DNA of 64,000 nt from a virus (lineage: Duplodnaviria; Caudoviricetes), in IMG/VR virus record IMGVR_UViG_3300021255_004000, positions 32,001 through 96,000 of that record; one strand, 5' to 3'. Both the position numbers and the translations under genes were made by a program. The notes under the pieces were generated by a model. That model did not search any database. It was not told the DNA's origin and worked only from the letters and a program-made list of their open reading frames with translations. The first letter of the stretch is position 1. The number at the start of each line of letters is the position of its first letter. Of the stretch, positions 63,884-64,000 are shown in pieces.

Positions 63884-64000
63884 TCGCTTTCATCCGATAA
63901 TTCAACAGCTTCCACAAGATTATTTGCTGCGTGAACGAGACATTCAGCATCATATGTTCTTGTTTTTGCACGCATAATTTGTTCAATCAACTTTCTTACA

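Noticed and set aside
1-64000. Stop-codon reassignment or suppressor tRNAs
   Set aside because: Long genes are intact in the standard code and no tRNA with a CTA, TTA or TCA anticodon was found.

Overview
This window is part of a large, AT-rich dsDNA bacteriophage genome read with the standard genetic code; a gut/rumen anaerobe host is only an inference. It contains: class III ribonucleotide reductase (nrdD 3' end, nrdG), a C5 DNA methyltransferase, a sigma-factor-like gene, four large virion-type genes (9.3-20.2 kb), a MoxR-type AAA+/vWA-metallopeptidase pair, a DnaG-type primase, GroEL, a lytic transglycosylase, Nudix, GNAT and C39-like enzymes, a CCA-adding enzyme, a ~9.6-kb minus-strand array of about 37 tRNA or tRNA-like genes with two homing-type endonucleases, a ThiC-like protein, an Rnl1-type RNA ligase and a ROT/TROVE-like-TerD protein. 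Two features stand out. (1) Most of the tRNA array falls into three blocks, each preceded by a 40-44-codon leader ORF with an overlapping antiterminator/terminator pair. Each leader's codons match the tRNAs downstream of it, which suggests a demand-sensing attenuation system that resupplies tRNAs when decoding fails. (2) Seven copies of a covarying bulged stem (GGC-AUA-AGUUGU-UCCUA...ACAACU-C-GCC) enclose different cargo, including circularly permuted tRNAs. One copy lies just upstream of the ROT-TerD gene, suggesting a phage Y-RNA-like/Ro-like ribonucleoprotein system linked to RNA repair. All calls were made by eye; no searches or folding programs were run.
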